A stretch of 63,957 nt of DNA, filler included. It is 8 parts of 8 records of this genome, joined end to end, with 100 filler letters (N's around TTAATTAATTAA, not from the genome) between each part and the next. Parts side by side here need not be neighbours in the genome. Positions count along the whole stretch, not along the records: positions 56,626 to 63,957 come from SRR31156797_47854; 7 more parts are not named here. One strand, given 5' to 3'. How positions within the stretch are numbered: position 1 is the first letter of the stretch; each line of letters begins with the position of its first letter. Below are positions 58,023 to 63,957 of the stretch, one piece after another. The notes under the pieces are model-generated. The model saw only the letters and a program-made list of their open reading frames with translations. It made no database searches and had not been told where the DNA came from. Both the position numbers and the translations under genes were made by a program.

Positions 58023-59905
58023 ATGATACTTCGCGTATTTTTACTGTTTGCCGTGGCAGTATTGTTCATCACCTTTCTTGCCACACCAAAAGCGATAATC
58101 CTGAAGAATTGCCCAACATCTTAATGATAACCACGGAGGATAACAGTGCCGATTTCCTGGGGTGCTATGGAAATGAATATGCGACCACACCGAATCTGGA
58201 TAGTCTCGCTTCTCAAGGTTTTCTCTATACATATGCATATGCCAATTGTCCGGTATGCGCACCGGCACGGAACACGATCATTACAGGTGTCTATGCTGCT
58301 TCGAACGGGAACGAACAGATGAGAAGCATGTATGCCAAATCGGAAATGGTGAAAACCTATCCCGAATATTTGCGTGAAGCCGGTTACTATTGTACCAACA
58401 ATTCCAAGACAGATTATAATTATGATGGCGACTGGCTTGCTTTATGGGACGACTGCGGGAAAGATGCCACCTATAAAAACAGGGCTGAGGGCCAACCTTT
58501 TTTTGCAGTTTTCAATAACGGTTCAACGCACGAAGGCAGTCTACATAGATCCATTCCAACACATGAACTGAAACACGATCCCGCTCAGGTTGAAATTCCA
58601 CCCTACCATCCGGACATTCCTGAAATTCGACACGATTGGGCGCAATATTATGACAAGCATGAACAGATGGATGTCGAGGTGGGGGCGTTGCTTCAAGAAC
58701 TGGAAGAGAGCGGGGAGGCGGAAAACACGATTGTCATCTACTATGGAGATCATGGTGGTGCGCTTGCCCGCAGCAAGCGTTTTGTCTATGAAACAGGAAC
58801 GAGGATCCCGATGATTATCCGCATTCCTGAAAAGTTCAACGATCTTTATCCTTCGGCCAAACCGGGAGATACAGTTGACCGGATCGTGAGTTTAGTAGAT
58901 CTTTTCCCGACATTTCTGAGCATTGCAGGGATCGAGGCGCCCGAATACCTTCAGGGAGGAGCATTTTTGGGGGATCAACAAACACCGGGGCCTGAATATT
59001 CGTTCATGACCCGCCAGCGTATGGATGAACGTTACGATATGGTTCGGGCGGTGAGGGATCATAAGTTTCGCTACATCAGAAACTATATGCCGTTCCGCAT
59101 CACCCTGCAGCATTTGGATTTTTTATTCAGAGCACCCTCTGCACAGGCATGGAAGGATGCATTTAATGCCGGTGATACCAATGCGTTGCAGAGCAGATAC
59201 TTTTTGGAAAAACCATTGGAAGAGTTATACGATACAGAAAATGACCCGTGGGAGACCAATAACCTGGCCGATGATCCGGTCTACTTAGATGTTATGACGC
59301 GCATGCGAGAAGCTCAAACAGGATGGATGAGGAACATACGCGATGCAGGGTTGATCCCGGAAACAGAGTACCTCGAATTCTCGAAAGAGAGATCCCTGTA
59401 TGATTATATGCATTCCGACGAATGCCCTTTCGAAGAGTTGCTGCAGGCAGCGCAGCTTGCAGCAACACCTGGCGATGGCGATATTGATCAATTTATCGAT
59501 AACCTGGCAAGTGACCACAGTGCGATTCGTTACTGGGGCGCTGTGGGATTACTAATTCACAGGGACAGCGCAGCATCTGCTATACCTGTCTTGGAAGAGG
59601 CGACAAATGACGAGACCGGTGCGGTAGCAACAATCGCTGCAGAAGCATTATACAGGATGGGGATGGAAGAAAAGGCCCTGAATACGTATTTACGTATCCT
59701 GACCGACACTGCAACCTTTGCCATGCTTGACCGTAGTTTTGCGTTGAACAGCATCGATGCGATCCATGCCCGGTCACCTGAATTAACAGAAGTCATAAAA
59801 ACTTACTATGTTGCGCAAAAGGAAACCCTGAAAGGAGCAGCGCGTTACAATCAATTCGATGTGCTGATGTGTGAAACATTGTTAAAAAAATGGGGTGAAA
59901 TTTAG
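58023..59905 (+). CDS. Cys-type sulfatase with C-terminal HEAT-like domain; signal peptide separated by a 1-nt frameshift
   Basis: PNIL..T.ED, CAPAR (CxPxR), GDHG, RYDMVRAVR, ELYD; ATG 58023 signal peptide is out of frame near 58074-58076. Confidence 0.88.
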
Positions 59906-60086
59906 GGTTCGGGAAAAAATAAGTTCGCAGAATTGGGCGTCCAGCCGCCCGCCCGACAAAGCGCGAAAACGGAAGGCATCGTCGGACTATTCCGGCGCCA
60001 ACAATTATTTTGGTTCAACACTACAAAGAATTGAGATCCTATTTCGGAGCTGTTTGAAAAGGAGGATGTCGGAGCCGTAAACATTG

Positions 60087-60833
60087 ATGAAAGAAAATAA
60101 AAAGATTGATTTTTCCTTTATCATTCCAGCGTATAACGAGGAAGAATATCTACCCAGAACACTGGCAAGTCTGAAAAATGCTATGAATGCTCTTGGCGAA
60201 TTCAGCTGTGAGATTGTTGTTGCCAACAATAACTCTACGGATCGCACTGCTGCCATTGCTGAAGAATTCGGTGCGCGGGTTGTTTTTGAAAAACACAGGC
60301 AGATTTCCCGGGCTCGGAACGCAGGCGCAAAAGAAGGTCTCGGCAAATATCTTATCTTTGTTGACAGCGATACAACAATATCTCCTGTTCTCTTGAAAAC
60401 GACCTTAACAGCCCTCAGGTCTGAAGAGTGTTGCGGCGGCGGCGCAATCGCGGAATTTGACGGATATTTACCCTTGCTGGCAAAGCTCTCCATAAAAGTT
60501 TGGGAATTTCTTTCAAGAACTTTCAAATGGGCCTGCGGAGCCTATGTTTTTTGTACGCGAGAGGCATTTACGCAAGTCGGTGGGTTTGATGAACGTTACT
60601 ATGCATCGGAAGAGGTTCATCTCTCTCGGGCTATGCGGCGCTGGGGTAAAAAGAAGGGGAAAAGGTTTGTGATTCTTGAAGAGCCCATTCTCTCAAGCAG
60701 CAGAAAGCTGGTATGGTACAGCACATGGGAACTTTTGATGATGACCTTTGGATTGCTGCTCCATTTCAAACCCCTTCAAAGCCGAGATGCCTGTTACAAA
60801 ATGTGGTATCGCCACCCCGAAAAACCGGACTAA
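60087..60833 (+). CDS. Family 2 glycosyltransferase
   Basis: IIPAYNEE, NNSTDRT, ARNAGA, FVDSD, GGFDE...EE. Confidence 0.9.
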   Translation: MKENKKIDFSFIIPAYNEEEYLPRTLASLKNAMNALGEFSCEIVVANNNSTDRTAAIAEEFGARVVFEKHRQISRARNAGAKEGLGKYLIFVDSDTTISPVLLKTTLTALRSEECCGGGAIAEFDGYLPLLAKLSIKVWEFLSRTFKWACGAYVFCTREAFTQVGGFDERYYASEEVHLSRAMRRWGKKKGKRFVILEEPILSSSRKLVWYSTWELLMMTFGLLLHFKPLQSRDACYKMWYRHPEKPD

Positions 60834-61031
60834 CTGCGGTTTAACCAAATCGGACAGGGTAACATGATGGTCCCGTCACATGTACCTCGAAGGGGCGGGG
60901 CCCTGGGGACGTGTAGGCGTATTCCAGGTCTCGGAGATGCTCTTTATTCGTGGGTGAGGCATAAGCGCCCTTTATTACTTGAATTTTGCATGAAAACAAT
61001 TGCGACACGCAATAGCGTGTTGCGTTGTCCT

Positions 61032-61787
61032 TTATTCCTCCGCACCCATCGATTCTAATTTATCCATCTGATCTTCCGACAACACCGTCGACAATTTAGA
61101 CTTCGTCTCTTCATTCAAAAGGGTGATCTCGGATTCAAACGCACGAATTTTTTGGCGTCTTTCCTTGTTAAATCGGATTCGGATGGCGTGTCTTCTTTCT
61201 CTCATCTCTTCAAGAATTGCATCGCTTTTTTCTACTTGTTCCGGCGTTAAATCAAGCTCTTCCTGAAAATGTCCCGGCGTGGGGATATCACCTGTTTGTC
61301 CCATAAAAGGGGGGCCCATCGGCCCAATATCGTTTTCTTGAAAACCACCTGCTTCTTCACGGAACCGGGGTGGCTGGTGCAAATCGCCTGGTTTAGGAGG
61401 AGGCAAAGGTTTCATGTGCATCATTCGTTTTTCAACACGTTCCAACGTTTTATCCAGTCTTCCCTGCTGTACAGGATCTAATTTCTCCTTGATTTTGAGG
61501 GTATATTGGTCGAACAATTCTTTCAGTTGTGGAACGGATTGTCTCATGTGCTTGGCAGCTTCCCGATGCATTTCATCCAATAAAATATCAATCTCGATCC
61601 GCCGATCCTCGGAAAGGTCCATCCGGTCAAGTTCCCGGTGAAGAACACGAATGGGTGGGGGAGGTCCTTTGGGGTTCATGAACTGACGGATCCGGCTTTT
61701 GAAGAACATACCGGTTCCTATCGTCCCGGTCAGCCCACCGAGAGCGAATATCAGAAAAATACCTGCAACAACTTTCCATTTATTCAT
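61032..61787 (-). CDS. Spy/CpxP-like periplasmic protein of the ECF operon
   Basis: N-terminal TM (LIFALGGLTG), repeated L(T/S/D)xxQ motifs, Pro-rich linkers. Confidence 0.7.
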   Translation of the reverse strand: MNKWKVVAGIFLIFALGGLTGTIGTGMFFKSRIRQFMNPKGPPPPIRVLHRELDRMDLSEDRRIEIDILLDEMHREAAKHMRQSVPQLKELFDQYTLKIKEKLDPVQQGRLDKTLERVEKRMMHMKPLPPPKPGDLHQPPRFREEAGGFQENDIGPMGPPFMGQTGDIPTPGHFQEELDLTPEQVEKSDAILEEMRERRHAIRIRFNKERRQKIRAFESEITLLNEETKSKLSTVLSEDQMDKLESMGAEE

Positions 61788-61798
61788 CGAATACCCCT

Positions 61799-62134
61799 TT
61801 ACATCCCGAACATCTGGAACATGCTGAATTGGTCCGGATTGTTCATGGCCAGTGCGGCAATATCAATATCAGGGCTCAACCCGCCTTTATAAATCCACAA
61901 GGCCATCATGAACGCCAACCCGGCTGCAGCAGGTGCTAAACGCCAAACAGTCTGCTGAAACAAACCCATTAAGGTTAGCTGCCCCTTGATATCATTTTGC
62001 AGTGAGCGAATTTGTTGTAAAACATTCGTTTTCCACTGAGTGTCCAAAGACGGAACGGGAGAGTTACCGGTTCTTCCGTATACGTCTTTTATGACCCGTT
62101 CCAGTTTCTCATACCGCAATTTATCGTTTTTCAT
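61799..62134 (-). CDS. Putative anti-sigma factor
   Basis: Small single-TM protein overlapping the ECF stop; W...V.QQIR segment. Confidence 0.6.
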   Translation of the reverse strand: MKNDKLRYEKLERVIKDVYGRTGNSPVPSLDTQWKTNVLQQIRSLQNDIKGQLTLMGLFQQTVWRLAPAAAGLAFMMALWIYKGGLSPDIDIAALAMNNPDQFSMFQMFGM

Positions 62135-62738
62135 AGGTTCTCCTATCTTTGCGTGACAGGTCTTCAATAATTATTTTAAGCTTTTTTCGTGACCGGTGGG
62201 CGCGGACTTTCACATTGGCGCTACTCCAACCCAGCAATTCGGCTGTCTCTTTTATGGATAACTCCTGTAGGTGAACCAGCTCGACCACCATGCGATCCTC
62301 AGGTGACAATCGGGACAACGCCCAATTCAATACCTCACTGGCTTCCTTTTTCGCCAATTGACGATCATAATCCTCTCGAGATTGTTCTGTCATTACCTGA
62401 TCCAACCAATCGTCATGAACGGTAGAAAGGCTACTGATTGCTTTTTCTTTCAGGCGATAGCGTTTGCGCAATGCATCGTAACATGTTTTCATCGCGATCG
62501 ATGAGAGCCAGGCTCCAAACCGATCATGCTTCCTGCAGGATGCAAGTGACCGATACGCACGTATAAACACCTCTTGAACGGTTTCCTGTATAACATCTTC
62601 GGGAATGTGCCATCTCACCCGGTTCAAAACCAGGGATTCATATTTGACCATCAGCCGTTCGAAGGCGTTTGTGTCGCCGTTCAGAACACATTCAATGGTG
62701 GCAGCGTCTTCGTTTGTCGTATTCTGTTGCGTTTCGAT
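62121..62738 (-). CDS. ECF sigma factor (start codon uncertain)
   Basis: VQEVFIRAY, WL..IA..TCYD, LSPEDR...LSIKETAELLGWS.ANVKVRAHRSR; homologous region extends upstream of ATG 62651 to a TAA at 62742-62744. Confidence 0.88.
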   Translation of the reverse strand: METQQNTTNEDAATIECVLNGDTNAFERLMVKYESLVLNRVRWHIPEDVIQETVQEVFIRAYRSLASCRKHDRFGAWLSSIAMKTCYDALRKRYRLKEKAISSLSTVHDDWLDQVMTEQSREDYDRQLAKKEASEVLNWALSRLSPEDRMVVELVHLQELSIKETAELLGWSSANVKVRAHRSRKKLKIIIEDLSRKDRRTYEKR

Positions 62739-63125
62739 GGTTTATTCCACTATCCGCTGTGGTGTCAGGTACTCAGGCGCTTGGCACGTTGTTGTTTATC
62801 CCCGTTCCCAATCCACTGGCTTCGGATCTTTCAAATCGCTTTCATCACTTATTTAAACGGTTTTCAAATCGTTGATAAACGTTATTGCCTGTACCTGTTC
62901 CAATACCTCACCTTTTTCACGTAGAGCAGATTGATCCATTTCCGGTGCCTGCATCTGAGTTCGATGGATTCGATGGTAAGGCCCCAACGAAATTTTGTCC
63001 AGTTTTCCCGAAAGGGTAACAACAGCTGAAAAATAATAGTTTACCAGGATTTCAACCTTTGTGCATCCCTGAATTTCTGGTGATTGTTGTGATTTGTCCT
63101 TGTTTGCATATCTCATATTCCATAA

Positions 63126-63187
63126 GTCGCTCGAACAGAGAAAAGGGTTACATTTTTTGTTGTAACCAAACTGTCGTTTGGATCGAC
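63126..63187. promoter_or_regulatory. Back-to-back ECF-type promoters TGTAACC-N16-CGAC
   Basis: Plus strand 63161-63187 and minus strand 63152-63126 share identical -35, -10 and spacing. Confidence 0.75.
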
Positions 63188-63229
63188 ATCTATACTGGAT
63201 TCATACCCATTGCCGGAGGTAACGACAGG

Positions 63230-63880
63230 ATGCACAAGCTCTTTTTTTTCAATACATATAGGCGAACCTTCCTGATCTTTGCTATCACAACGCTGGTTCT
63301 TCTAGCCACAGGCAGGCACATTGATGCGCAGCCTAAAAAACCGGTACGCTATCCTCCCGGTAAGACCATTCAACGGCTTCCGCCCGGCCATCGATCCGTT
63401 TACGATGGCAGATCAAAATACTATTTTTATAAAGGCTCATTTTTTGTCCGAAAACCTTCCGGGTATGTCTGTGTACGCGCACCTGTAGGGGCGGTGGTCG
63501 TCACCATCCCAATCGGTGCCCGGGTCCTACTGATCGGCGGTGTTACCTATTATCTGTACGATGATGTCTACTACCGCAAAGTGCCCCAAGGGTATTTGAT
63601 TGTTGAACAACCTTCAAACGTTGCCGAGGTGATACAGGCATCTCCCGTTGTACCGTCCAAATCGGTAGTGGGCGAATCGGTACTCGTCAACGCATCAACA
63701 CTCAATGTCCGCTCCGGTCCAGGGCTTCATTTTCCAGTGGTCAAACAAATTCACCGCCACGAGACGCTGGGCATATACGGCTATGCCCCCGAGTGGCTCT
63801 ATGTGAAAATGCCTGGCGGTACTTTCGGTTGGGTGATGCTCAAATACACAACGGCTCATGATCCCGATGCCTCCGGTTGA
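63230..63880 (+). CDS. Secreted DUF6515-like + SH3 domain protein
   Basis: Signal peptide, YYFYKG/APVGA.V..IP/YYLYDDVYY repeats, SH3b LNVRSGPG...WLYV...GWV; GGAGG RBS. Confidence 0.8.
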   Translation: MHKLFFFNTYRRTFLIFAITTLVLLATGRHIDAQPKKPVRYPPGKTIQRLPPGHRSVYDGRSKYYFYKGSFFVRKPSGYVCVRAPVGAVVVTIPIGARVLLIGGVTYYLYDDVYYRKVPQGYLIVEQPSNVAEVIQASPVVPSKSVVGESVLVNASTLNVRSGPGLHFPVVKQIHRHETLGIYGYAPEWLYVKMPGGTFGWVMLKYTTAHDPDASG

Positions 63881-63957
63881 TCGCAATAGAAAATAGGAGT
63901 CCATCCATGAGATCAGATTTAACTAGACAGTGTCCATCCAGAAATAGGGAAATTTGG

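Noticed and set aside
60864-61058. Possible DUF393 C-terminal remnant (RIPGLGDALYSWV)
   Set aside because: Too short to support by eye.
62764-63116. ORF 62853-63116 and a downstream DWERDKQQ segment resembling the SmpB tail
   Set aside because: No SmpB core motifs; may be a degraded first gene of the ECF operon but cannot be assigned.

Overview
This window is not one locus. It is eight unrelated metagenomic contigs joined by artificial 100-nt spacers (N-run + TTAATTAATTAA + N-run); lineage labels are inferred from gene content and base composition. (1) 1-6052, Bacteroidetes-like: AI-2E permease, nhaA, two-component system, V-ATPase A fragment, USP. (2) 6153-12528, deltaproteobacterial: arnD/arnT, porin, DUF362 plus polyferredoxin, tRNA-fMet. 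(3) 12629-19747, Bacteroidetes-like: saccharopine dehydrogenase divergent from an operon of KamA-family aminomutase, pcaIJ, class III aminotransferase and pcaF. (4) 19848-32970, Methanosarcinaceae archaeon: candidate structured ncRNA, RelE toxin-antitoxin pair, TrmB, casposon remnant with a dual-frame C5 DNA methyltransferase, mtbA and a corrinoid protein. (5) 33071-41949, spirochaete-like: GntR regulators, URO-D family protein, Gld-type ABC system. (6) 42050-51282, Desulfobacteraceae-like: ECF/RND operon, phoBR. (7) 51383-56525, low-GC: ABC transporter, sirtuin, LysE, metal ABC transporter, RAYT transposase. (8) 56626-63957, deltaproteobacterial-like: amidohydrolase, sulfatase, GT2, ECF system. 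The best candidate for a new system is contig 3, which I infer encodes a lysine/2-aminoadipate catabolic route via a radical-SAM 2-aminoadipate 2,3-aminomutase feeding the lower beta-ketoadipate pathway, preceded by a structured leader RNA. Other highlights are in contig 4: a ~240-nt archaeal RNA with a duplicated hairpin module, a casposon remnant, an overprinted methyltransferase beta subunit, and two in-frame amber codons in a probable pyrrolysine-decoding host. All family assignments come from motif recognition by eye, not database searches.
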